The notes: generated from the sequence alone by a model not told the origin. DNA of 61,934 nucleotides from Pelomyxa schiedti (GCA_020536535.1 JAHLWZ010000879.1:1-61934); one strand, 5' to 3'. Positions 26,201-38,593 are shown, numbered from the stretch's first letter. Program-made: numbers and translations.

Positions 26201-27604
26201 CAACTTCCCTTGTTCACTTCCAAGTAAAACCTGTTTAGTTATGGGTTTTCCTTTAAAATGAAGAACAAAGATTCATCTTACCTTGTTCAGGTATGCATCT
26301 GGGTGCAGTATGCAAGTAGCAGAGAAATCTCTAGGCAAAGGAAACCCTTCACACTCTTTTGCGCGAGACGTGTCCCAGATCCTGAGAGCTTTTCCAGCTC
26401 CCCTCTCCAACGATAGTAAATGCGTTTTTCCAAAAAGAAGTAAATGTGATATACGACCAGTATTTCCAGTAAATGTGCGTTTCTATTTGGGAAACAAGTG
26501 TTTTAGACTTGAATGGCTCATAGGGAGACCTACTAGATAAGGGCCATGCCACATGTATATTTTGTTCCCTGCAGCAGTATAAATGGCAGTAGAACTTGCT
26601 GCAACTGCTCTAATTTTTTTGGGGTGGAGACCTCCAACTATGAGCCCAGTTAACCGAGATAACTATTTTGTTCCAAATGTGAGCAAAATCAGTACCCATG
26701 GTAGGGGAGCACTCACGTCATAAACACGGAATATGTGATCACAGGCAGTAACGCAAAAAGCCTGTGTGCCGCGCTTGTAAGTGCACACTGGCACATCAGT
26801 GGAGTACACTCCAACTTCCGTTAATCTGGTAAAAATCCTGCCAAGACAAATGCCTCGCTCTGTGTGACGTTCGTCATCAGGAACAATCTCGACGTCGTTC
26901 CCAATGTCAACATCATTATTCGTCTCCACGACCTCCCGCCCTTCGTCCTGGCCGACATCCACTTCATCTTCCGTCTTGATCACAGCAGCGGAACTCTTTT
27001 TTGGTTTGGCTTCGCCCTCCAAATCGGCGTCGCCAACTTTCGCAGTTGCCTCCACGTCATACTCGGGCTCCGAATCTGAAGACTGTGGCACCATAGCGGG
27101 GTCCCCTACTTCAATGTCCTCAATGTACTCATCGCCCGACGCGATTTCCTCGTCGTCGTCCATCGCGCGCTGCACTCTCAGGACTCTGTGAGGGTCTCCC
27201 TTTGACACCTTTTTCCCCTTTTTCCCCGCCTCCTTCTTCTCGCTTGGTGCGGGACTCTCCTCGTCGCCTCCCATAATCGCCTCGTCCTCTTTTGCGCCGT
27301 TTTCGTCGCTTGCGTCGCCTTGGACGGCGTCATCTTCCTCGCTTTCGCCGCCGTCTCCGTCCCCGTCTTCGTCTTCGTCTTCGTCCGAGTCGGAGTCGGG
27401 GTCTTCGCGTTTGATTGGGGTTGCATTTGCGGCTGCTTTCACCTCCTGGAACATGCTCAGGAATTTCTTCCTGCGCCGCGACGTGTCGGACTCGGCGGAT
27501 CTGGAGGCCGACGCGGGCTTCCTCGAGGAGAGCGCCGCGGCCGTCATGTCGTCCTCGAGCGACTGTGTCGACGGCGCATCGTTCAGGTCTTGGTGCCGTA
27601 GCAT
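23235..27604 (-). CDS. WDR36: U3 snoRNA-associated WD40 protein WDR36/Utp21 with acidic N-terminal extension
   Basis: GRIFTRLTEVGVYSTDVP..RGTQAFCVTACDH, QSPVIDVVAIGLASGKIYVHNL, HAGKISSLYFLYGEPILLSVGSDNAMNVW and C-terminal DLVTLSSVPESHWKPLKNLELIK match Utp21. Confidence 0.9.
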
Positions 27605-28329
27605 CGAAAGTGGTCTTTAATTAAGATTGTGCAACTGCGAAATTGGATTGGCCCGATTCCTTTTGGGCCCCGAAGGTGCGCCAAGCCGGATCCTTATGCA
27701 GGGTACACCCAGGACGCCGCATGTACGTTCCTGAGGATTCACCAACGGACTTGTTTTTAGTTTGGGCCAGCAGTGGACCACTTTCAACGAAACAAACTTG
27801 GGTCAATTGACGTTGGGGGAGATGACTCGTGCAGTGTCGCGTTGTGGCGAGGAACTACGCGCAACTTGACACGTCGACGTTGTGCCAACGCGTTTTCTCA
27901 TGTCATAACACCTGCTGGTGTCTCTATCAACAACACCACCGCCCGAAAATAACTCTAGCTGACAGCACCACATTATTGGCCTCCAGATATGTGCTGGTGG
28001 TTGGTGAGAAAGTGTCACGGAAAACGCTCTGAATGGAGATGAACCTGCACGAGGAATCGTCACGTGATCAATCATCAAATATACCTGGGAGGAAGTCTTT
28101 TAAGTCTTTGACTACAAGTGGTTATTACTCCACTGATCCGCACCTTCACTAAGAATCCAGCTCATATTTTGTTACACCGACTTCAGGAATACACGCATTT
28201 GAATTATCGTATTGAACAACAACTGCTAAAAAAATCAACCATGGCTAAGATAGTTTCCAATTCCTTTTTTTAATTAACTTCGGTCGTGTTGACTCGCCTC
28301 CGTTCATTTGACTGAGAACACCTCAGAGT

Positions 28330-28560
28330 GGATTATATCCATTACAGAGAGGATTGATTATCCATATTTATTAGATTCTATCCTTTATCTTGACTGTATC
28401 GATTACAGAGTATATTCTATCCTGGTTTATCTTATATCCATTACATTTATTAACTATCTTGTATCCATTACAGAGTAGATTGATTATCCAATTTTACAGA
28501 TATTGATTAGATTCTATCCTGGTTTATAATATTTAGTAGATTCTATCCTAGGCTTTTAGA
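28330..28560. repeat. AT-rich mosaic minisatellite built from TATCCATTACAGAG, GATTGATTATCCA, ATTCTATCCT and CCTGGTTTAT modules
   Basis: Each module recurs 2-4 times in shuffled order within ~230 bp of intergenic DNA. Confidence 0.6.
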
Positions 28561-28822
28561 GATGCTTTTAGAGATTATAATAGATTAAGTACTGCATTAG
28601 CCTTTAGTAGTATCCTTATTCACATTTGTACAGTATCCATTCATCGTCATATCCGCAATCTGAAATTTAGGTATATTTCCTGTATCCTGTAGTATTATCC
28701 CCATACAATGTTGATTCATTAAACAGAAAACAACAACCACCCTTATCTGATCTGCTCTGATCTGAACTTGCGGTTGTGCTGCTCTTGCTGCTGTGCTTGA
28801 TCACTTATGTGATTTCCAACCA

Positions 28823-28852
28823 TCAGCCACCAGCCACCAGCCACCAGCCACC
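28823..28852. repeat. Short tandem repeat (CAGCCAC)4
   Basis: cagccaccagccaccagccaccagccac read directly. Confidence 0.8.
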
Positions 28853-29339
28853 ACTTGTTGTTGTGCTGCTTGTTGTCTGTCTCTCACCTCACCACACCAC
28901 CCGCCTGTGTCTGTCTCTGTTTCTCACCACACCGCCTGCTTATGTTATGTTGTGCGTTTTTTTTTTACTTATTTTTGTGTGTCATAAGAACCCACATAAC
29001 AAGGGAAGGGAAAGCAAAATTTCATTTTTTCCCAAAGGCGCCCCCGAAAAACTTTTCGGGCGTTACGTCAACGTAGATTGGGGAGGAGCGGTACTTACGT
29101 CCCCCAAGGTGTTTCTGACTGGAGGTTGGTTGGTTGGTTTGTTGGTTGTTTGTTTGGCACACACGAGGATTTCACGAGGAAATTGGGTGATGATTCGACC
29201 GAATACGCCACCACGTTGGTGTGTCGTTAGTTGTAGTAAGTAACAACTACATACACAGTTGCAGCAGGTTTTAATAATCAATCAATCCGTTGTCCAAAAA
29301 ACCCAGACTTACATTCCCTAGTGTAGCTTATGTGTGACA

Positions 29340-31313
29340 GCATACAACAACTGATAAAACTTGTGGGACCACACCTTAATCCTCAACCAGATATTCACTC
29401 ATCATCTCTTCCACTGCCTCCTCCCAAGAAGGCGACCTTGTGCTCTTTGGAAAGCGTGGCTCACACTGGCCTGTGCTAAAAGTCAAATAGGCGCTGCAGA
29501 GATGGTCTTCATCACTTTGTTGCAGTTTGTGGAAGATTACAGGTGCTGGTTTGATGTGACAAACTCTCTTCTGCAGAATTTCTTGACTACGGCGGCGAAA
29601 TTGGCACTTATCCAACAACCCACCATCTGCAACGACAGACAATTTGCACACAACTCATTATAATTGAATTTCAACCCTCCAATGTCAAACAGCAGGTTGT
29701 ACTGCAGAAATAGAAGCAGTTGGCTCTTCCGTTGGCTTCCCTCCTAAAACGGCCTCTGCAGTCACACGAATTGGCTGAATACTTGCAAATCGACAAGCGT
29801 TTACTGAAAAGTTCTCCCGGTTTTACATGTTTTGGAACGCAACTAGCCAGCAATTAAAAATGGCATGGCAGTCAATGAATCTTGAAGCCAGGCTAGTTCG
29901 TGAAGAGAACGAGAAAAGACAGAAGCTGCTTGCACTCAGAACTTGACAGACAATGCATGCTCTGAACGGTTCATTGGCCAATCAGGTCATGGCATACCTC
30001 CAGCAAAATGAATAAATTCCTGTCGATGGTCTGGGATGGATGAGTGGTGGCCTACTACAAAAACCTGGGAGATCTAAGGGTGGAAATCACAAGTGATTAC
30101 TGGTCACAACCTGTGAGATACCTTGTGATGCATTTTGTTCCATTTACCAAGCTCCAGCAAGAAACTTTGAGGCATGTATTGAACAGTGCCAATACACAAG
30201 CCAAGATCCCGGAAAGGCACAGGCTCACCTCGTAATGTCCTAGAGTAATCTTCACAAAAAGGCATACAAAAATCCTCTTCTACTACATTCACATGCTTTG
30301 AACTTCGATCCATTCCTCCAGGTGGTTCATTCAAGTATCATTATCTTTTCAATGCTGAACTTGTTAGGTTCCCGGAGATGTTTACCGGTTTGCTTGCTCA
30401 ACATTACCAAGAAAATTATCAAACTATCAAAGCAACTTACCTGTAATGATTCAACACAAGAAAGAAGGTTACAAACCATTTTGGGGGGACACGGAAGGCA
30501 TTTCTCTTTCCCTACCAAAGTTCTAGACTCGGTGAAGCAATGGCGGGTAAGGATGGGCTCCAATTGATTAAACTGACTTTTTTTCTTCATAGAAAAGATG
30601 ATGTGCCGCCGAAGTTCCTTTCATTGGCCAATCACTTTACAATCTTTACCCAGGTTTGTTTTTTTTTTTACTGAGAGTAACAGATAACCTGACCTTTTGT
30701 GTACAGACTTGTCTGAAGATATTATTGTTCTTTGTGTTGGCACTATTTGGTGGTTAAACTATATTTCTTGTGAGGAGCCCAGCCCATATTGGTGTCCAGG
30801 ATTTGATAGAATCTTCCAGAAGGATTTTGAGGCTTTTCAGTCTGTGTTTCATTTCTGTCGATGCGTGCAAGGTTTCCCTTATGGAATTTTTTCCCCAGTA
30901 ACGTAAGTAATACAGGACAACACCGTTTTCTCTTGACAGACATACTGAGGAACGATTGCAGCACGAGATTGGACTCCTTGGAAAGCGTTTTGTTGGGAAG
31001 AATGCCCAATTTATTTTGGAGCAACAAAGTTCAGCAAAGGATTACTTGCCTCCTGGAAATCATGTGTGTATCAACAAACACCGGATTTCTTCTCATAAAC
31101 CTCAGACAGTTACGAAACCACTCAGCAACACTCCTACAAAGTGTCCCAACTGTACGGAATTTGGGCTCAACCATCGAGGGAGGAATTTCACATAAACCAA
31201 CTGTAACCGAAAAAAACCACTCCACCAGCAGACAGACAAGTCTCCAACAGTTTCATCCTCTTAAATTAACGAGCCTCAAGAAGAAGCCCAGAAATTCAGT
31301 GGGACCAGATTAA
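29340..31313 (+). pseudogene. Degenerate or unresolved + strand gene
   Basis: Chain of protein-like + ORFs (29361, 30044, 30298, 30697, 30861..31313) and + strand GT..AG intron-like segments, but in-frame stops that I could not splice away. Confidence 0.3.
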
Positions 31314-31388
31314 GGTAACACCAACAAAACCTCAAAAGTGTCTTTTTTTGGTGTCTTGGAAAATCGTTCTCTATTTCTATTTACCAAA

Positions 31389-33445
31389 CTACACATTTGT
31401 ATCGTAGCCGCAGACTGAACTGAGAGCAGTGAGGTGCACAAATCCGTGACCGTCTGTTACGCGTTCAGTGAGTGCAAGGGAAGAAAGAAGGGTACTAACC
31501 ACAGAGTTCGTGTTCCCGTGACAGCCACTCTGAACAATATCGGAAAAACACTTCAGCCGGCATTTGTGGGTCCACTTGGTCACAGTTTCCACCTGCCTGC
31601 TCCCAGACTGCCCTTGCTGCTGAGGAGAAGAGTTCCCTGCGTATTTGTAGGATGACCTTGTCAATGTAGTCCATAGATGGTGGCCGCTGGTGGAAGCTAT
31701 TTAGAATTGAAAGGAAGAAGTGAGCAGCATGCATTGCTTTCATAGTATTGCCAACATCGTTCGATAAGTTCCTTCTATGTTACGTGAGGGGAGGAGATCA
31801 AGAAGAGAAGACTCACAAGGGGAAGTGGGACTGGCGTTTTTCCTACCGCCTGCGGGATCACCGGGCGTATTCCCGCCTGCAGCGTATCCAGCATCGTCTA
31901 GGGTGTGAGAGGGGCTTGTAGCAGCTGGCACGTCACAGGAACTCCTCTCTTCTGTGCATTGGAGTATGGGGGCTCTTGTGACAAGATCGCTGTCAACAGT
32001 ACGCCAAATGACCAACTAAGGTCAAGTGAGTGTGTGAGGTGTGAGGGGAACCTCTTACAAATCACTGCGCTCAGAGAGTTGGCCATACTTCAACACCTCA
32101 GGAGCCAGGTAAATAACTAAACACTCGTGAGAATCGAACTATCGGGAGCCACTTACGTTTTCCACGAAGAGAACCAGTGAAGGGTTGGCTGCGGGAATGC
32201 CCAGATGGGATTTGTACACTTAGGCCAAAATCTGCAAGCTGTGAAGAGTCAGGAAACGAGGATGCAGCAATACAGGCCATACCTTACAAGAAAATTCGAA
32301 GTCCAGCAGGAAGTTGGCTGGGTTCACGTCACTGGGGAATTGTTGGGGGAAAAATTAGAAGTGAAAGTAAACTATGCCTACCAATGTATGATACCGGATT
32401 CGTGGGCGGCATTGATTCCAGAGGCCTGCAGGTGCTTAGTGAAGTTTCGTGTTACAGTTGGCCACACACCACATAATGTGCAGCCCAGAGTCGGTTCAGT
32501 AAGTTGAAGGGTTTTGTGTATTTATACAGTGAGCACGGTATCTCGTCAGGCTTGTAAAGTACTGTCTCGAGATCGCACAACATTGGTTCCAAGACCATCC
32601 TCCACTCGTTTGAACAAGAATAGGCACCTTTTTTTGAGTAATGAAGCACATTCAAAACGGAAAGGACAAAAGGTACCGTAGAGAGACACAACATTTGGGC
32701 TTGCGGATTTCCTGAGGGCACGTAAGAAAAGGTGGTGAATGACAAAAAAAGAACCGTAGCATTGATATTTCACATAGTACCCCAGCCTGAGAGGCGGGGT
32801 CACTGAACTCGGAAATTTTAATCGTGACAGGGGCTTCTTCCCAGGTGCCTAGGAATTACAAGGTAAGCTGATAAAATGCAAAACACCGAGGTACCTATGT
32901 AGACTTGCCCAAAGGTGCCCGACGCAATTGGCCTGAAAATCTTCACAGTACAGGGATCTATCACTACTTCTTTCGAAGCAGTTTGGGATCCCACAGTGAC
33001 GACAGGTTGTTGCACTGGCTGGGGGGGAGGAACTGAGTTTGGTAGGTACTGTCCATGTGGAGATTTATATTTCTCCCATGCAAGTGGCACTTCTGTGGCA
33101 ACTTCAACTCCTTCACACTTGTTTGTTGCCGTAAACAGCTCCAGTGCTTTGTTCAAGTCCTCTATACACGGAAACTTCATGTATGTGTATCTGTGCTCCT
33201 CTATCCTGGATCTGGCGCTACCTTGGTTAGATTCTCATAATGAAAATCCTAACCCTCCCCGCACACAAATAGTTGTACTTACGATCTTATGGTGGAAGGA
33301 GGTTTACAACATCTGACATCGCCCGTGCTTTTTTTGTAACTACAATCACGAAGTCCTGGCAATTGGGATAGTCGGCGAACCGGTAGGGATCACGAGTGTC
33401 TACTACGCTCTCTTTGCTCTCTGTCGTCTCGTCAGTGGCCGACAT
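31389..33445 (-). CDS. TKL-like protein kinase with atypical catalytic loop
   Basis: Spliced motifs IASGTFGQVYIG, VTIK, LCEISMLR, HCDVNPANFLLD, LADFG, RGKLIYLAPE, WSFGVLL, KELIERCW; start (33445) and last exon are predictions. Confidence 0.8.
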
Positions 33446-33733
33446 TTTAGAGTCGAGGTTAAAGAAAGTGGTTGCTGGTGATTTGAGGGTAGACTTGTTT
33501 GTATTAAGAAATGGACAACGGTTGGTTGGTATAAAAGGGCTTGGTGCGGTCTCGTCCCATCAGCAGATAGTTGATACAGTTGTGCGTCTCTCGGGCGTTC
33601 CCCTAACGGAAAGTCAATTCTGTTGATGGCTAATGATGATGGCGTTTGGGAGATAATGCCAAGTCAAGATAGTGCCGTTGTTGACCGAAAAATAACTGGT
33701 TGTTCTGGACACATTTTTTGCTGATCACTGTCA

Positions 33734-34782
33734 ATGTCTTTCCCACTCTTTTTGGGTTCTGCAACACCGATGCCACCGCCCAGCCACGTTCCGTGGGCAC
33801 GGGACCAACTTGTGGCGTGGTGCGCCGGCGGGATTGTGGGACGGTGCGGGGCGCGTTCGCCAGTGCGTGAGCTCCCGAGGCAGCTGTTGTGTGAGATAGG
33901 CACGAACTGGATAATGGGTGTGGCAAGGAGCATTGTTGTGGGGTCAAACGACAATAACTACGGGACCCTCTGGTTTGTGGGGATCTCGCGCACACTGGGT
34001 GTGGTTGCAATTGAGCGCAATAAGAAGGTGACCACGAGTTTCCATTATGGGTGGTTGGACAGTCACCACTTGGCAGCTCCAATGCTGGGCCATGGCCACC
34101 CACACTCAGCTATTTTAGACATAGAAAAGAGAGGGAGCTGCGGTTTTATTCGTGTATTCTTCTCTGTGGTGGTGAGCAACGAAAAGTGGCAAGTCGCGTA
34201 CTCTGATTTTTCGACAGTTGCAATTTGGCCGGAAACCAACAAAACCAGAGCATCATATGATGTGAGGACCCTGTTCGTTGGCGATGACGACTATAGCCCA
34301 CCAGATACTCGCATTTGGATTGATCTTCTGAGCACAGGCAATGGCAACATTGCCGCTGTTTCAGTGGTGATGAAAGGAGGGAAACCGGTGGTGTGGTTTG
34401 TTGACTTGGAGGAAACCCACAGCAAAGCTGCGCTTTCCATCATTCAGGAGTTCCACGTGGACGCAGCCGAGGACCTTTATTGGTAAGATCAGCATGGGTT
34501 CATCGGTGCACCCCAGTATTTACAAACTCTTGGCTCGGAAGAACTGCTACCAGAGGATCATCCTGTGCTGCTGTGGAAACAAACAAGATAGGCAAAGCTG
34601 ACAAGACCCACTTCTATGAGGTTTCTTGCACCCCTGGCACTGTGAGTGTGTTTGCTGCTGTAAATAGCCAGGCTCCCTGCTGTGTGTTCCACTTCGACCC
34701 CTCAACCGACTACCAGGTTTCGTTTCGACGGAACATCAGGAATCAACGAACCGTTAGTCCCGGCCGTTTTTCTTCAGATTAA
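33734..34782 (+). CDS. Second member of the lineage-specific RCGA.SP family, apparently frameshifted or truncated near 34480
   Basis: ARDQLVAWCAGGIVGRCGARSPVRELP motif; ORF stops at 34486 while a different frame stays open 34480..34782. Confidence 0.55.
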
Positions 34783-34784
34783 TC

Positions 34785-37700
34785 ATGTTTTGCCCGTTGT
34801 GCGGCAGGTCGGTTGTTGACGCCGTTGTGCTCGACTGCGGTCACAATCTGTGCTCGTGGTGTTTGGATCTGCTGGCGAAATCAGCCCTCCTGGGGCTGGT
34901 GCAGTCCCCCGCTGGTCTCTTCTCCCTCCTCGATGCCTCCTCGTCCTCGTCCTCATCTTCGTACTCGAGCTCCAACTCGTCGTCTACGTCCACGGCGCTT
35001 GGGGACCTCGTGAACCCGTCGGCTCGCGTGACGGTCCAGGTCGCGTGCCCGCACGGCTCTTGCGGCGCCAAGACGAAGATCTCGGGCACTCTCGAGTCGA
35101 TCACGTCGGTGCCCAGCGGGACGGCCGAGCCCGCGATCGCGTCTGGGATGCCGCGGTGCTACGGCGCGATTAGCGGAATCGGCCGAGGCGGCGGCGAGAA
35201 GTCGTCTCACGAGGGCGAGGGCGAGGGCGTTGACCAGCCCGAGCCGAGGGAAGTCTTTTTGGGTGTGTGGGCTTTTTACCGATTGGGATGTTGCTCTAAT
35301 GTATTGTTGATTTTCAGCAAAGATCAGGCAAATTGTGACTGAAGAGACCAACCGAACTTCCAAGCCCACCCCTTTGGATGAAACACTTTCACCAGTATGC
35401 GTTATATGATGTTACCATACAATACACTATTCTAACACACACTTTAGAAAATCGCATCGTTCCAAAATTTCATCACGGGACTACAAACCTCTCTTTGTAA
35501 GTTCCCTTGTTTTTACATGCTGTTTACTATCTAAAAGCAACAATCTTGAGCATTCAAGAGAGCACACACGAATCTGTTGTTTTGCAACTGAAATCTATTT
35601 CTTCTTTTGCTGAATCAGAATTGGGCGCCGCTGAAGAAGCTCAAGCTTCCCTCTCCCAGTCTGTCGCTGTAAGTCATCCACTGCCCACCCAGGAAGTGAC
35701 TTGACTTAGGGACTATGTGAAAGAAGAGATTATCTTTATAAACCTGTATGCCTTCGTGAGCTGGAGCACCTTACCTGCTTGGATCACAGTCGATGGTTCG
35801 TAGAACAAGAATTGATAAAGATGCTTCAATCTGCTTCCGCCCACAAACAGTAATTTATTCACTTCTACGTTGCGCGTAACATTGAAATATGACTGCTCCA
35901 GTAAGTCTCATTTTACCATAGAAAACCTCTTCCTGGGTCTATTTTGTGTATAGATTGTATGGCAGATTTTCGATCTATCTGCCCCACCCCTGGAAAAGCT
36001 AATATTAGGCTATTTCTCGATAATCCCATTCTTACAGTTGCTGTGAAACAGCACTACTCTGGCCCGAGTATTCCTGCACCATCCAAGGACTTGAAGTCAT
36101 ATTTATTCTTTGAATTTACCTACCCACTTGACATGCCCGATATAGCCTCTGATATTTCCGACTTCATTGAAGTCAAATCTCTTGGTGAACAGAAATATCA
36201 AGTGTGGTTCCAAATGCCTGGCCTCCTTGCGGGTAAGATCAGTGACATCTTTAAGTACGTGATTGGAGATCATCAAATTTCGGACGTTGTCCCCGGCTAT
36301 GCTGTGTGCAGTATATCATGTGCTTCCATACTAGGGGCTCTAGGTGTAGTTTACTCTTTGAATGACCTTAAGAATCAAAACGATATTCTGGCACTTTTTG
36401 CACTTATTGCATTGCAAGCTCAGCTAACTTGGGTTGGTGCTGTTCACTCAGTGGCGGAACTTTCCATTCATCCCGTGGTCCCATGTCCATGGCTTTCTCC
36501 AGTTGCAGTTCTACTCCTGAATCAAGTCGCTGCCAGCACTGGCTTACAAGTTTTCCCTGATGGTACTGCCGTGGAGGACTTGTCCAGCTTCAATTTTATG
36601 GCACAGTTAGCACAGAGAGTGGAGGGAAAACCCTTATCTTCACTAGCAACTTCATTGCCATCTCCTATATGTTCCTTCCTGCAGCCTAGCCCTGAAAATT
36701 TCCAGCCTAGTACCGAGGTTGAGAGCCAACTGAGAAAACTGCTTGACGAAGCAGCATTAACCCGACAGTTTGTTTACTATTCGTTCTAATAATTATACAT
36801 CAAAGTTGTTCCCCTAAATTACTCGTAGCATCCCCTACCCTGGCGCAATACTATGTATTGACTGTATGGCCGATTTTCGTTTACTTTGCTCCGAGAAAGC
36901 TGGAAAATCTGACCTCAAGATATTTCTTGAAAATCCCCTCATTCCTGTAGCAGCCAAGCAATCGTTCTCCCATCCAAGTCTTCCTACACCTACGGCGGCC
37001 TTTCTCTCGTTCGTGTACCTGGAATTGGAACTACCTTCGAGCTTTGAATTTCCTGAACTACCTTCTGAACTTCAGATGGAAATTAAGAAAACTGGAGGTC
37101 TCCATCGTTTGTGGGTCCATACCCCAAAATTAGGTGACGTTCGCCAAGTACTTGCTCCAATGAAATATGTGATGGGTGATACGAACGCCTTTGGCACAGT
37201 GACTCCAGGCCACGCTGTGGTGAATATTCCAGCAGCTTCTCTTCTAGCCTGCACTATTCTCGTCGGCCTGTTGACACTTGACACGTTGATGAATAAAGAG
37301 CCTCTTACGGTTTTTGCCCAGATTGCTTTCCAGGCAGTAATACATCGTATTGGTGTCTCCAATCCTGTGGCCCAACTTGTTTTGCATCCTCTGGTACCAT
37401 GTGCATTCCTGTCTCCTGTAGCTGCGTTTGCTTGTTCAGCCGATTATACAAATGATATAACAGCACCTGACGGAACGTCCTCAAAGGAAATGAAGGAGTT
37501 TGACATAAAGGAAAAGCTTGGCCAGAAGGTCGGCGGCGAAGTAGCAAGCCCGCCCGAGCCTACCCCAAATACTGAACAAGATACTGTAAACTTACTAGAA
37601 CCACCGAAAGTACCCTCTGTATGCAAGGTCATTCTAATTGGGGATGCTGGTTAGCCAATACTCCCTACAATCAAAAATCTAAACAAAAAAGATGTTGGAA

Positions 37701-38371
37701 AAAGTTGCTTTCTGTGTCAATTGACTGATGAAGTACGGAAAAGCCCAACTAATAAAATTTGAGAAAACTTTGAAATAGAGGTTCATCCCAACTTATGATA
37801 CGACTATTGGCGTCGAATTTGGATCAAAGATAATGGAAATCGATGGCTTCTCACTCAAAGCTCAAATATGGTTGTAGCTCCTATATCATTTCCTCTATCT
37901 AACTTCTTCCAGGGATACCGGAGGTCAAGAAAGGTTCCGCTCCATCACTCGCTCATGTAATCATCCAGAAACGATTTTCAAGCTTCTTTTCTAATACAAG
38001 GTTTTCAGATTTTAGAGGTTCTCATGCAGTACTTCTGTTTTACGACGTCACAAGCCGCCAGTCATTCAGTGGTCTCGATAACTGGGTACAAGAAATCCGC
38101 TCTTTGTGCTTACCAGACACCCCTGTTCTAATTGTGGGAAACAAAACCGACAAAGACTCCATGCGTTTGGTCACACGCAATGAAGGAGAAACTTATGCCA
38201 ATGCTGCAGGTCATAATACCTTGTAACCTTAAACTTACACGGCTAATGTAATTCGAAATAGGTGTCGAATTCACTGAAACATCAAGCCGCAGCTATACAG
38301 AGGTAGTTGCGGCAATGACAAAAATTCTGCAGAAGGTAATGTCCAAGTTCAGTACTGCCTCTTGCCTCTAA
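34785..38371 (+). CDS. RING finger - coiled coil - two tandem unknown domains - Rab-type small GTPase fusion protein
   Basis: CPLC..CGHNLCSWC..CPHGSC RING; duplicated domain starting PG(S/A)ILCIDCMADFR; spliced GTPase motifs GDADVGKS, TIGVEFG, WDTGGQERFRSIT, IVGNKTD, ETSS; ends TASCL* at 38369-38371. Confidence 0.8.
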
Positions 38372-38593
38372 AGCACAAACAACCTTGTATTGACGGGAAA
38401 AAAAGAACTTCACTTCAAATCTTGGAAACAACTTGGCACTTTGCCAGATTAAGCTTTTTGGTCTGGTCTGATCTCGGCATCCTTTAGAAGAAAAGATTTT
38501 CCTCTTTCGACAATCAACAGACAGAATAAATAAAAATCCAAGCAGTACGGAGCAAGCCACAACCGCCGGTGCGGATCTGCGTCTGGCGTGTCG

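Noticed and set aside
28330-28560. CRISPR array
   Set aside because: No constant repeat with unique equal-length spacers and no cas genes.
29940-30660. TGA reassignment or readthrough suggested by several in-frame TGA codons
   Set aside because: Well-supported genes here (TBC, cyclin Y, MFS) end in TGA and use TGG for Trp; decay or mis-splicing is simpler.
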